The notes under the pieces were generated by a model. The model worked only from the letters and a program-made list of their open reading frames with translations. It did no database searches and was not told the DNA's origin. A stretch of DNA of 64,000 nt from an uncultured Planctomycetota bacterium (GTDB lineage: Bacteria > Planctomycetota > Planctomycetia > Isosphaerales > Isosphaeraceae). Below are positions 33,308 through 45,300 of this stretch, piece after piece. Both the position numbers and the translations under genes were made by a program. How positions within the stretch are numbered: the stretch's first letter is position 1; each line of letters begins with the position of its first letter. The stretch is taken from the NCBI GenBank assembly GCA_963845755.1, contig CAWJTV010000027.1, positions 1 to 64,000 of the forward strand, in the 5' to 3' direction.

Positions 33308-33566
33308 AAGGATCGGATCATGACACGCCATTGGACCGCCGCCGTGTCGCGTACCCTCGGGATGATTCGCTCCGGACCGGCCCGCCGCCGCCGCACGAGC
33401 CCCTGCATCGAGAACCGGGAACATCGACTGTCAATGTCATCCTACTCGGCGGGCGGATTGGTCGTTGCGGATCTCGACCCGCAGCCCCTACCGCCCCGTG
33501 CCCCCGTTGATCATTGAGAGGCCGAGGGCGGCCGAAAGGATGTGCACGAGGCGCAGTGGCGTGCGC

Positions 33567-34833
33567 TCAGTCGCGCCCGCCACGCTCGGCGATCATCCGC
33601 ATCGCCGGCGGGCTCACGAACCGCTTGTCATGGAACCGCTCGCCCCAGGAAAGCGGGGTGACGTCGCGATACTCGTGCATCGCGTCCGCTCCGTATCCCG
33701 GGTGCAGTTGCTTACGGAGCGAGGCCCGCGCATTCGGATCGGCGCCGTGGTCCAGCAACATCTGGGCAAACGGTGCCACCTGCGGCTTTCCACCATGGTT
33801 CATCCAGAAGTTTGGCTGTGACACCACGGTTGAAAAGAGCGCGGTATGGCCGCCGAAGCCGTCCGGGGCGACGGCGGCCTTCGCGTTAACTTCCATCCCG
33901 CGATCGAGCAGCCAGCGCGCGATCTCCATCTCATCGTAATCGACGCACATGTGCAGGAGCGTGGCCCCGGCCAGCGGCGTCCCATGGGTCGCGAGGATCT
34001 CGTCGTGGCAGCCCAGCTCCGGTGGGTAGATCTCCTCGTGCGAAAACGTCCGCCGGAGGAGTCCCGGATCGCGCCTCAGATGGTCCTCGAGCCGGTCGAT
34101 GCGCCCCCGGTGGAGGGCCATCGGCGGCGTATCCGGCAGCACGAGACCGTGCTGGACATACAGCTCGAGGATCCGGTGCTTCGCCGAGGGATTGCGGCTA
34201 TCGGTCTCGAGCACCACGTCCGCCGGCGCCCGGCACACGCCATCGGCGTCACGGAGCTGCACCCCGAGCTCGAACAGGAGCTCCGTCCCGGCGACGCTGA
34301 GGGTGTAAGCGGGGTTGTTCAAGGCGTCGAGGGTGGGCGCGGGCGCCCATCATGGCGTGCAGCATCCGGGCGGTGCCGATCTGGCTCTGGAGCGTCGCCC
34401 GGTCGAGTGCCGACGCGAGATCGCGGGCACCGAGTTCGTGCAGGGCCAGGATGATCCGATCACGACCGAGGTTGGCCGCGTACGTCATCGGCGGGCCCCA
34501 GTTGGAATGTTCCGTCCCGCGCGCCGTCTCGTGGAGCAGCCGGGGATGCTTCAACACCAGCGCGCGGAGCGCGTCCAGATCATCGCGCCAGATCGCATCG
34601 GTCACCCGGCAGGCGAGCACGAGTCGCGGCCAGCTCGCGACGCTGTAGCTCCGGGCGAGGACGAGCTGCGCGTCGGCGAGCCGGGCATCGCGGGGCTCGA
34701 CGCTTTTGGGATGGTGTTTGCTCAGCTCCGCGATCGCGGCCAGATCGCCGCGCCGGATCTGGCGCAACAGGTCCTTCGCCTGATGCCTGAGCTGATCGAG
34801 GTCGGGGCGGACGGGGAGATGGCGGTCGGCCAT
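33567..34833 (-). CDS. Ankyrin-repeat protein with N-terminal LPxRPxLxQLRxQAKDLL domain (frameshift near 34335)
   Basis: MADRHLPVRPDLDQLRHQAKDLL, LADAQLVLARSYSVASWPRL, GATLLH..VDY, LLDHGADPN; AGGAGG RBS. Confidence 0.85.
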
Positions 34834-34837
34834 GGAC

Positions 34838-34960
34838 AAACCTCCTACAGAATGGCCCGTTGTCCGCTGCGTCGGGCGAGAAGGAGGTTCGTGAGAACCG
34901 TGTTCTTGTGCAAGTCAGACAGGTGGACTCGGTCCTGCCCGCGGACGGGGTGCGTCCTGT
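34838..34960 (-). promoter_or_regulatory. Putative structured 5' leader RNA of the ankyrin gene
   Basis: CCCGTCCGC (34949-34941) can pair with GCGGACAACGGG (34867-34856), closing just before the AGGAGG RBS. Confidence 0.45.
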
Positions 34961-35161
34961 CACGCAGGGCGAAGGATACCTTGTGGTCGCGCACGCGTCA
35001 ACGTCGCGCGGCAGCGGGCCGGTCCCGAGGCCACGGAGGGTCTGTTCGAACGATCCGCAATCACTTCGCTCAGGAGTACAGACCTGAGTGGGTCACTCCC
35101 GATCGCTCCGGCATCATCGTCGTTAACACGCTCAGGTCTTATACCGACGATTCCATTCATG

Positions 35162-35614
35162 TCATGAAGAATTTTTGGACCCACGCAGCTCCTCGCGCAC
35201 TCTCATGAGGATCTTGCCCAGCCTGTTCTTGCCGCGGCCGTCGCCGCCGTCGCCCCAGTAGTCGTCGTTCTCGGTGTGCTCGACGATCTCGGCATCGCCC
35301 GTGCCCAGGAGGATCTCTCGCAGATCGTCGTGCTGCGTGAACTTGGCCAGGACGGCCTCGTGCATGATCGCGTCCTTGGCCGACTCCCAATCCTTGCGGA
35401 GCGGGCGCTTCCGGCTGCGGCCCATCCGCGCGGCAATCATCGGCGACCTGGCCTGGCGCACCGCTTCCTCATCGGCCGTCCCGGCGAACTTCTGGGCCTG
35501 GAAGTAATGCTCGCTCGTCGGCCAGGTCTTGCCCTTGAGCCGGATCGGGTGCGGCGAGAAGTTCGAGAAGCCCCCGTACGCGCCGCTGACGCTGTAAAAA
35601 TGGATGACGTCCAT
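35162..35614 (-). CDS. ybiA: NADAR-family (YbiA-like) protein
   Basis: FSNFSPH, WPTSEHYFQAQKF, LRKDWE, KFTQH, LLGTG, D.YWGDGGDGRGKNRLGKILM. Confidence 0.9.
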   Translation of the reverse strand: MDVIHFYSVSGAYGGFSNFSPHPIRLKGKTWPTSEHYFQAQKFAGTADEEAVRQARSPMIAARMGRSRKRPLRKDWESAKDAIMHEAVLAKFTQHDDLREILLGTGDAEIVEHTENDDYWGDGGDGRGKNRLGKILMRVREELRGSKNSS

Positions 35615-35648
35615 GACTCTTCCGCCTTTCGGTCTCATGATCGGCCGC

Positions 35649-38252
35649 TCACAACCGCGGATCCACCGGCTCGCTCTCGAGCGCCAGCACGCCGAAGACG
35701 CACTCGTGGACCCGCCGCAACGGCTCCCTTCGGACGAACCGCTCCAGGCCCTCGACGCCGAGCGCGAACTCGCCCAGGGCCAGCGAACGCTTCCGGCCCA
35801 GTCCTCGCGAGCGCAGCCGTTCGAGGTTCGCCTCCGTGGTGTACTCGGGCCCGTAGATGATCCGCAGATATTCTCGACCGCGGCATTTCACTGCGGGCTG
35901 GGACAGGCCGCGGCCGCCCCGATGGATGAAGTCCCAGGGCTTGACGACCATCCCTTCACCGCCCCGGCCGGTCAACTCGGTCCACCACGCGATTCCGTCG
36001 GACTGGCTGGCGGAGTCGGTCACCTCCACGACCTTGTACGGAGTGGCCAGCATGACTTCCGGATCGGCCCGGCAGAGTTCGGCCAGCGCGTCCATGTGCC
36101 AGGCGTGGTCCTGGTCGACGTGGACGCGTCCCTCCGAGGCCAGCAGGTGGAACGGGGCCAGTTTCCAATCGGTGAGGGCGGCCACCGGCCAGCAGTATCG
36201 GCGATAGGCCGCGACGAACCGGGCGACGTCCTGCTCCCGGCGCCGGTATTCGGCTTCGACCTGAAGGACCTGGTCTCGCTCGGAGCCCTCCAGCCGCGCA
36301 GCGGACCGCTCGAGGGACGCGACGACCCGGGGCAACGCCGCCAGGCCCGCGGACCCGACCGCCGCGTACTGGGTCTTCAACAGCTCCTGCGCCTTGGCCG
36401 ACCACGGCATCAATTCGCAGTCGAGGCAGACCCAGGTTGTCTCCAGCCGTGCCCAGAGGTCAACCCGGGTAATCGCCGCACGCACCCGATCGAGGAACTG
36501 TCGTTCCAGCTCGGGGTCGTTGATGAACCGGCGGCCGGTGCGGGTGTAGACGATGCCGATTTCACCCGTGGTAACGCCGAACCACTCCCGCGCCGCGGCC
36601 TCGTCGCGACAGATGATCGCGACGGCCCGCGATCCCATGTGCTTCTCCTCGCAGACGACCCGAGAGACACCCTCGTTGCGATAGTAGGCGAACGCCTCGG
36701 CTGGATGCTCCAGCAATCCCGGCTGGCCCGAGGTCGCGCACGGCGACATCGTCGGTGGCAGATAGATCAGCCACCGAGGATCGGCCGCGAACCGGCTCAT
36801 GACTTCCAGGGCCGCCGCGGCGTTCTCCTCCCGGATCGTCACATTCCCGCGCAAACGTGTGGGGATGATTCGCTTGCCCAGCACGTCCTCGGTGTCGAGC
36901 AATTCGTCGTGGACCTGCTGCGCCGTGAGGGATGTTCCCTGTCTCTCTTCGGGGAGGAACGGCCGCGCCGGCTTGCTGTAGGTCCGCGCGGCGGGCACCG
37001 AGACGAACTCCTTCTCGGGGTAGCGCATGGCCGTGAGCTTGCCGCCGAATACGCAGCCGGTGTCGATGTTGACCGTCCGGTTGAGCCAGTCCGGCTCGGG
37101 GACGGGCGTGTGGCCGTAGACGACCATCGCCGGACCGCGATACTCGGCCGCCCAGTTGAAGCGGACGGGCAGACCGAACTCATCGGTCTCGCCGGTAGTC
37201 TCGCCATAGAGGGCGAATTCCCGCACGCCGCCCGATCCACGCCCCTGCATCTCTTGCTTCATCCCGGCGTGGGCGACGACCAGCCGGCCATCGTCGAGGA
37301 CGTAGTGGCTGACCAGGCCGTCGAGGAAGTCGATCAGCTCGCCCTGAAAGAGGGTCTTCTCCATGCTCGGCAGGGCGTCGAACTCGGCCATCGTCTCCGC
37401 CAACCCGTGCGTCCTCTGGACATTCTTGCCCCTCAGCGCCTTCAAGAACTTCATGTCGTGGTTGCCGGGGACGCAGAGGGCCGAACCGAGGTAGGCCATG
37501 TTCCGCACCAGCCGCACCGTGTCGAGGCTGCGCGGGCCGCGGTCGACCAGGTCGCCGAGGAAGACGGCCTTGCGGCCGTCGGGGTGGACGAATGCCCGAT
37601 TGCCCCACTGGGGATCGTCGTAGTCCAGCGAGGACTCGACATAGCCGAGGCGCCCGAGCAGTTCCTCCAGCTCGCCGCAACAGCCGTGAACATCGCCGAT
37701 GATGTCGAACGGGCCATGCTCGGCGCGCTTATCGGTCCAGAGGGGGATGCGCTCGACGGTGGCGGCCTCGGCCTCCTCGGGCGTCTCGATCGTGAAGATA
37801 TGCCGGAAGCCTTCCTTGCGGAGCGCCCCGAGCGATCGGCGCAGTTGCGACTTCTGGTTGCGGACGACGTGCGGTCCGAAGTTCCGATCGCTCCGAAGAC
37901 CGTTTCGCTCCAGGCAGACCGACTCGGGCAGGTCGAGCACGATTGCCACCGGCAGGCAGTGGTACTGCCGGGCCAGTTCGACGTACGGCTTGCGGGCCTC
38001 GGGCTGGACGTTGGTGGCGTCAACGACCGTCAGCCGGCCCAGTGCCAGCCGCTTGCCGGCGATGAAACGGAGTACCTCGAACGCGTCCTTGGTGACGGCC
38101 TGGTCGTTCTGGTCGTCGCTCACCATGGCGCGGCAGGCGTCCGATGAGAGGATCTCGGTAGGGCGAAAGTGCCTGCGCGCGAACGTGCTCTTGCCCGAGC
38201 CGCTGGGGCCGATCAGGACGACGAGGCTGAGGTTGGGGATCTTGATGTTCAT
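35649..38252 (-). CDS. pnkp: Polynucleotide kinase-phosphatase-ligase (bacterial Pnkp)
   Basis: P-loop GPSGSGKST; metallophosphatase GDVHG/GDLVDRG/GNHD; ligase CEEKHMGSR, GEGMVVKP, KCRGREYLRIIYG; ends EPVDPRL. Confidence 0.95.
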   Translation of the reverse strand: MNIKIPNLSLVVLIGPSGSGKSTFARRHFRPTEILSSDACRAMVSDDQNDQAVTKDAFEVLRFIAGKRLALGRLTVVDATNVQPEARKPYVELARQYHCLPVAIVLDLPESVCLERNGLRSDRNFGPHVVRNQKSQLRRSLGALRKEGFRHIFTIETPEEAEAATVERIPLWTDKRAEHGPFDIIGDVHGCCGELEELLGRLGYVESSLDYDDPQWGNRAFVHPDGRKAVFLGDLVDRGPRSLDTVRLVRNMAYLGSALCVPGNHDMKFLKALRGKNVQRTHGLAETMAEFDALPSMEKTLFQGELIDFLDGLVSHYVLDDGRLVVAHAGMKQEMQGRGSGGVREFALYGETTGETDEFGLPVRFNWAAEYRGPAMVVYGHTPVPEPDWLNRTVNIDTGCVFGGKLTAMRYPEKEFVSVPAARTYSKPARPFLPEERQGTSLTAQQVHDELLDTEDVLGKRIIPTRLRGNVTIREENAAAALEVMSRFAADPRWLIYLPPTMSPCATSGQPGLLEHPAEAFAYYRNEGVSRVVCEEKHMGSRAVAIICRDEAAAREWFGVTTGEIGIVYTRTGRRFINDPELERQFLDRVRAAITRVDLWARLETTWVCLDCELMPWSAKAQELLKTQYAAVGSAGLAALPRVVASLERSAARLEGSERDQVLQVEAEYRRREQDVARFVAAYRRYCWPVAALTDWKLAPFHLLASEGRVHVDQDHAWHMDALAELCRADPEVMLATPYKVVEVTDSASQSDGIAWWTELTGRGGEGMVVKPWDFIHRGGRGLSQPAVKCRGREYLRIIYGPEYTTEANLERLRSRGLGRKRSLALGEFALGVEGLERFVRREPLRRVHECVFGVLALESEPVDPRL

Positions 38253-38275
38253 GCTCGTGGAAACGGTAGAGAGAT

Positions 38276-39331
38276 TCACAGCGGCCAATCGGTCTGGAAC
38301 CGATGTTGCAGGACCGGATTCGAGAGACTCACCCTCTCGATCGCGATCTCGAACAGGGACGTGACGAGTTTCCGGTCGGGTACGCGCTTTCCTTCCATGG
38401 CTCCCGATTGTCCCTGTCGTCGCAGGTAGAGCACGGCATACCGATTGTGGTGGCCTTCCTCCGACGCAGACGCCGACGCAGAGAGGGCTTGCAGGACATC
38501 CGGAAAATCGAAGGTCCCGGCGGGTAGTTCGGTATTCTCGGAGCTCTCTCCCTTCGGATACTGGACGCGGGCCGAACCGTCCGATCGAATATCCAGCTCC
38601 CATGGTTGAAAGATCATCAGACGGATTCTCAAATGGATTTCCAGGACAGGCCCTTGGTTGACCGTCAGGAACTCGACGCCCTCGGGGTGGTTCGCGGCAA
38701 AGTAGTAACCCCAGATCTCCGCGACAATAACGTCTTCCCAGAGATCGTAGTTTTGGACGCTGTCATCGACGTAGGGGCCGTCAGTCCAGACAGGAATCGC
38801 CCGATCTCGCTCCGACTCGAAGCGCACGTTCAATCCTTCATCGCGGAGGCAAAAGCGAGAGCCGAACGTAAGCTCTTGCAAGACGAAGGTCACCAGAAAC
38901 CGGGAGAGCGAGTCGCAAACGCGCATCTCGCCCATGCCCCCTTGCTCATCTTCACCCGGCAATTCGCCGTAACACCAGACCGGCGGGTCGTCGCCCTCGG
39001 GGAGAGTCCGGCAGCTCCAATTTCCCTGGTTCTCCCAGAGGAACACGATCTTGCCGTCGTCTTCGGATTTCAGGTCCTCCATCGCCACCAAACCATCCTG
39101 ATGTGAAAAAGCCGGCATGGCCGACTCGGAATTCCCCCAGTGTGGCCACCGCCCGGCGAACTCGTAGAGCCGCTTCAATGGCATGGGCAAAGATCGCTCG
39201 CTCAACGCCTGGGCCGACTCGCCGTATGACGCCTGGCGTGGCCCGAGCCAGAACTCGATGAACGTGCACAGGGCATTCATTCGATCGCTAGCGGTCACGG
39301 CTTCCATCAGCTTCGGTCGGTACGTGCCCAT
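38276..39331 (-). CDS. Hypothetical protein with SMI1/KNR4 (SUKH)-like N-terminal region
   Basis: LPMPLKRLYEFAG...HQDGL...VFLWENQG...DDPPVW...SLSRFL; own start MGTYRPKL just after the hen1 stop. Confidence 0.55.
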   Translation of the reverse strand: MGTYRPKLMEAVTASDRMNALCTFIEFWLGPRQASYGESAQALSERSLPMPLKRLYEFAGRWPHWGNSESAMPAFSHQDGLVAMEDLKSEDDGKIVFLWENQGNWSCRTLPEGDDPPVWCYGELPGEDEQGGMGEMRVCDSLSRFLVTFVLQELTFGSRFCLRDEGLNVRFESERDRAIPVWTDGPYVDDSVQNYDLWEDVIVAEIWGYYFAANHPEGVEFLTVNQGPVLEIHLRIRLMIFQPWELDIRSDGSARVQYPKGESSENTELPAGTFDFPDVLQALSASASASEEGHHNRYAVLYLRRQGQSGAMEGKRVPDRKLVTSLFEIAIERVSLSNPVLQHRFQTDWPL

Positions 39332-39347
39332 CCCGTTCCCTGCCTTT

Positions 39348-40759
39348 TCAGACGGACTGGTGATCGACCCGTTCAAAGATCCCCATCTGTGTCGGCGGCC
39401 CGAGGACCGCATCTTCCGGCCCGACCGGGAGGAATCGGACGTCATAACCGAACCGATCGGCGACGCCCCGTGCCCAATCCTGGAACTCCGGGCGCGTCCA
39501 TTCGAAGCGATGATCGGGATGGCGGAACCGCTCCGAGCCCACTGCCTCCCAGCACACGTTATATTCGCGGTTCGGCGTCGTGAGAGCGATCGATCTCGGG
39601 CGAGCACACCCGAACAAGACCCTCTCAAACGCCGACAGCCGGGGCGGGTCGAGATGCTCGACCACCTCGACAACCGCCGCGGCGTCGAAGCCCTCGAGCC
39701 GCTTGTCCCGATAGGTGAGCGACCCGTGCAGCAGCCGGATGCGCCAGCCTGCTTCTCGGGCAGCCGGTCGAGCTTGAGCCGTTCACGGGCTGTTTCGAGC
39801 GAGCGAATGGATACGTCCAGGCCGACGATTTCCTCGAATTGCGGGTCCTCGAGCAGCGCGCGGAGCAGCTTCCCCTCGCCGCAGCCCAGGTCGAGCACAC
39901 GTCTGGCCCCGCTCGACCGGAGTGCCGCCACGACCGCGCCGAGTCGCTGCTCGTGCAAGCTCAGGGGTGTTTCCAGGAGGCTCTCGGCCACGTCAGCCGG
40001 CCGCTCATCCCTCTCCGCATCGACCGGCTGTTCCTCGGAGACCAGCCGGGCGAGCGCCTCTCGGTACAGGCTCGGGCGGAACTTCAGATAACGTCGGGTG
40101 ATCTCCTCCTTCTCGGGGTGACCGGCCAGCCAGCCACTCCCCTTGGCCAGCAGCTTCTCCAGTTCCTCCGGGCCCACGAAATAGTGTTTCTGATTGTCGA
40201 AGACCGGGATGAGGACGTAGAGATGCGTTAAAAGGTCCGCGAGTCGCGTCGTTTTCGAGACCGTGACGGACCAGTACGGACTCTCACCCCACTCGGGGAA
40301 CCGATCGTCGAGGGGGTGCCGCTCGGCCGCAACGGCGTATCCCAGCGGCTCGAACACGGCACGGAGGAACCGCTCGCCACCGCGAACGGGGAGGACATCG
40401 ATCCGGGCCGACAGCGGCATGGTGAGCGTCGTCAGCTCGGGACGGTCCCGGCAACGTCCCTGGAGGGCCGAGCCATAAACCTGCGCGATCGCCACGCTGA
40501 GAAACGACGAGGCCGCGTATGGCCGGTCGTTTACGTACTGCGCCAGCAGCCCCTCGCCCGACCCTCGGCCCCGGACGATCCCTACCGGATCGATGTCGAG
40601 CAGCAGGCAGGCGGTGCAGCGCTCGTCGGACACCTCGGGATAGAAGACGTGCACCCGGCCGAAGCTGAGGTCGTAGCCCTGGCAGCGTCCCGGATGCTTG
40701 TGCAGCAAAAAGCCGAGCTCACCCGCCGGCCGGTGCGTCGTCGTGATGGTCAGCAGCAT
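39348..40759 (-). CDS. hen1: 3' terminal RNA ribose 2'-O-methyltransferase Hen1 (frameshift near 39745)
   Basis: MLLTITTTH, LGFLLHKHP, YVNDRPYAASS, LYVLIPVFD..KHY, VLDLGCGEG, EHLD, TTPNREYN, FRHPDHRFEWTR. Confidence 0.95.
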
Positions 40760-41482
40760 CCGCCTGAGTTCCTCATCCACACGGATCAACGGACAGCGGC
40801 CGGGACCCGGCACCATGCGCAAAAGCCCCACGGTCAACACCGTACCGCTGCAGTCAGTTCGCATGCCAGACTTGAGGCGTGGTCTTGTCTTCTCCCTCGC
40901 CCCGCCCGGACGAATACCGAATCGGCCGCCGCCGGTGTTCGAGCGCCTCACACGTGCGTGGCACGCGCCCCGCGCTGCGGAACGGACTCCCGACCTGGCC
41001 ACCCGGCCGACCGCAGGTCTTCTCCGGGACTCACCGACCGATGCGGGTGTCATCACGTGGCACAATGGGACATCTTTTTCCCAGGTCGCTATCCCCGATC
41101 CCTTTGGCTGATATCCGGTTGCGACGACAACCTGGACCGGGAGGCGCGGTCCAGGCGCCCGTCTCGAGAGTGATCGCACGTGGGCCATACTCTCAGGATG
41201 CCGCAACTTTGGGAAACCGTTAATGCACCTAGTGGGGATTTCGGCCGAGAGCCGCCCCAACTCTCAGCCCCAGCAGCAGATAAAAAATCCGAAATAATTT
41301 TCAGCCTGTGGTTTAGCGGGGGGTCTTCGCGTCGCCCTGGGGGATGCGCGACACCGCGGTTAAGCGCTCTAAACTCGGCCGCTCCTCTCTTGACGATCCT
41401 TTGACAATTGTCGTATAGTCCAGCAGGTGGCAGTCCCACGAAACCGGCGTGCGCCGCGTCCCCTGGCACGGGTTCCCTTTCG

Positions 41483-42217
41483 ATGTCGGCCCCGACCCGT
41501 TGGATCCTTCTGGGATTGGTGCTGATCCTGATGCTGGCCCATCCCGGCATCGTCGCGGCCGGGATGGCCTCGCCGACTCTGGCCGATGTGAAGCGAGCCC
41601 TTGGGCTCTCGGACATGTCCCGGATGCGGCTGGAGGTGATCTCCGCCGCGCTGCTGGTGATCCTGCTCGGTGCCGGGGCGATCCAGTGGATCTGGAACGC
41701 CTTGCGCCGGGACTTCCCGCGGCTGCCCCGGCTCAGCTATGGGAAGGCGATGGGGATCGTCGTCCTGTGGGGGCTGCTCTTCGTCCTGGTGCTCACGATG
41801 ATCTCGGGCGCGCGGGAGCTGATGACGCCGGGGGCCTGGAAGAAGAAGGGGTTGACCTACCAGCTCGCCGCGGAGCCGCCCCCGGACGCGGAGCGCCTGA
41901 TCGCCGCCCGGGTCCAGGCGATCGAACGCCTGGGCGGCGCATTCCGCGACTATGCCAAGACCCACGGCCGCAACATCCCCACGGCTGAGGACGCGACCGC
42001 CCCGATCCCGGAGATCCTCTGGCAGGTCCCGGGTTTCCCCGGAGCGCGTTATGTCTATGTCGGCGACCGGATGGTCTCGGCAATGTTCTTGGGGACGCTG
42101 CTGGCCTACGAGCCCGACGCGGTCGGCCCCGACCGGCTGGTCATCGGGGCCAGCGGAGTGGCCATCTGGCTGCCCGCCGCCGAGATCGAACGCCTCTTGA
42201 GCCAGGGGGGGCGGTGA
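41483..42217 (+). CDS. Conserved hypothetical membrane protein
   Basis: Signal/TM segments; WNALRRDFPRLPRLSY...LTMISGARELMTPGAW; TTGACG-N18-TATAGT upstream. Confidence 0.7.
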   Translation: MSAPTRWILLGLVLILMLAHPGIVAAGMASPTLADVKRALGLSDMSRMRLEVISAALLVILLGAGAIQWIWNALRRDFPRLPRLSYGKAMGIVVLWGLLFVLVLTMISGARELMTPGAWKKKGLTYQLAAEPPPDAERLIAARVQAIERLGGAFRDYAKTHGRNIPTAEDATAPIPEILWQVPGFPGARYVYVGDRMVSAMFLGTLLAYEPDAVGPDRLVIGASGVAIWLPAAEIERLLSQGGR

Positions 42218-43284
42218 TGCGGAAGTACATCCTGGATCTCGTCCTGCTCGTGGCCGTGGTCGCGCTGATCGCCCAGTTCGGGGGTGTTGTCCGCGAAACC
42301 CTGCTGTATCTCGTGTTCGGCTGGTGGTGGTACGCGGAGCGGGTCATCCCCAAGGTGACCGTCTCGCGCGATGGCCTTAGCATGGGCATCGTCTGCCTGG
42401 TCCTGTTCGCGATCGGCTTTCACGCCTTGCTCCGCGGGTTCTACCGGGAGATCCAGCAGCCGGGCGAGCGTCCGGACACCGGCGCCCGCCGCTGGTCGTC
42501 GCGGTGGACGACCTCCATTATCGCGATCGTCCTCCTGATGTTCGTGATCGGACTCGCGGCCAGCGCGCTGGTGCATCAGGCCGGCTGGCTCATGAGATCC
42601 CCGGAACCGCTAATGGTTTCGAAGCCGGTGGTCCTTGGGAGTTCGCTCTGGAACCTCCGGCTCATCGGCGATGCAGCATTAGGATTTGAGACGTTACCCG
42701 CGGTCCGGGCCGATTCTCAGGAACCTGGATACCGGGCTCGTCTGGCGCCAACTCCAAAAGAGACGTTACCCGCGGCCCGGGTCGATTCTCAGGGACGGCT
42801 GCTGCATAGCTGGCAGACGGAGATCCTGTCGGGCCTGTGGATGCCCTTCTACGGCCAGTTCGACCCGGCCCGGCCCTGGAACGATCCGGTGAACTCCGCC
42901 TATTTCCGGGGAATCGTCCCCGTGTATCTCAACCCGGAGATCGGGGTCATCCGCAGCCCGGAAGGCTATGCGCTGAGCCACTATGCCGGCAACGTGAACG
43001 TCCTGGGGCGGGCCAAGCCCCTGGCGCTCAAGGAGATCGAGGGAAGCCTGGCCCAGACCGTCCTGGCGGGCGAGGTCTCGGTCAAGTTCAAGCCCTGGGG
43101 CGACCCGACCAACCTGCGCGACCCAATTCTTGGCATCAACACGATGCCCGATGCGTTCGGCAGCACGTCGCCGGGCGGAGCCCACTTCCTCTTCCTCGAC
43201 GGCTCCGTCCGGTTCGTGCGAGAGACCGCCGACCCGGCCGTCCTGCGGGCGATGAGCCGCACGAGTCCGCCAGCCGGCCACTGA
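42217..43284 (+). CDS. Membrane protein with DUF1559-like C-terminal domain (no prepilin leader)
   Basis: Three TM segments; LHSW...IL; W..P.N; GGAHFLFLDGSVRFV; TGATG coupling to the upstream gene. Confidence 0.75.
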   Translation: MRKYILDLVLLVAVVALIAQFGGVVRETLLYLVFGWWWYAERVIPKVTVSRDGLSMGIVCLVLFAIGFHALLRGFYREIQQPGERPDTGARRWSSRWTTSIIAIVLLMFVIGLAASALVHQAGWLMRSPEPLMVSKPVVLGSSLWNLRLIGDAALGFETLPAVRADSQEPGYRARLAPTPKETLPAARVDSQGRLLHSWQTEILSGLWMPFYGQFDPARPWNDPVNSAYFRGIVPVYLNPEIGVIRSPEGYALSHYAGNVNVLGRAKPLALKEIEGSLAQTVLAGEVSVKFKPWGDPTNLRDPILGINTMPDAFGSTSPGGAHFLFLDGSVRFVRETADPAVLRAMSRTSPPAGH

Positions 43285-43350
43285 TCGTCTTCGTGGACCT
43301 CACGAACCTCACCTCGATATCCGGCCGGTCCGTTTGTTACGCTGGACAAC

Positions 43351-43408
43351 GTAGGTCAGGCGTTCCAGCCTGACAGGACCGGACGTCAGGCTGGAACGCC
43401 TGACCTAC
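43351..43408. repeat. GTAG-type REP doublet (REPIN-like)
   Basis: GTAGGTCAGGCGTTCCAGCCTGAC (43351-43374) and its exact reverse complement (43385-43408) with a 10-bp spacer. Confidence 0.85.
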
Positions 43409-43427
43409 CCCCTTGCCGGCGTATTCC

Positions 43428-45228
<1,801 letters not shown>

Positions 45229-45300
45229 ATCGGACGTTCGCTGTGCTCGCGGAGTATTTGGTGTCAATCGCCCTTGGCCGTTGTCGTGGGCTCGCGGCGA

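Noticed and set aside
35604..38147. 847-aa plus-strand ORF
   Set aside because: Antisense shadow of pnkp.
38276..41260. 994-aa Hen1 fusion protein
   Set aside because: The Hen1 C-terminus continues in another frame to a stop at 39348; the downstream part is a separate gene.
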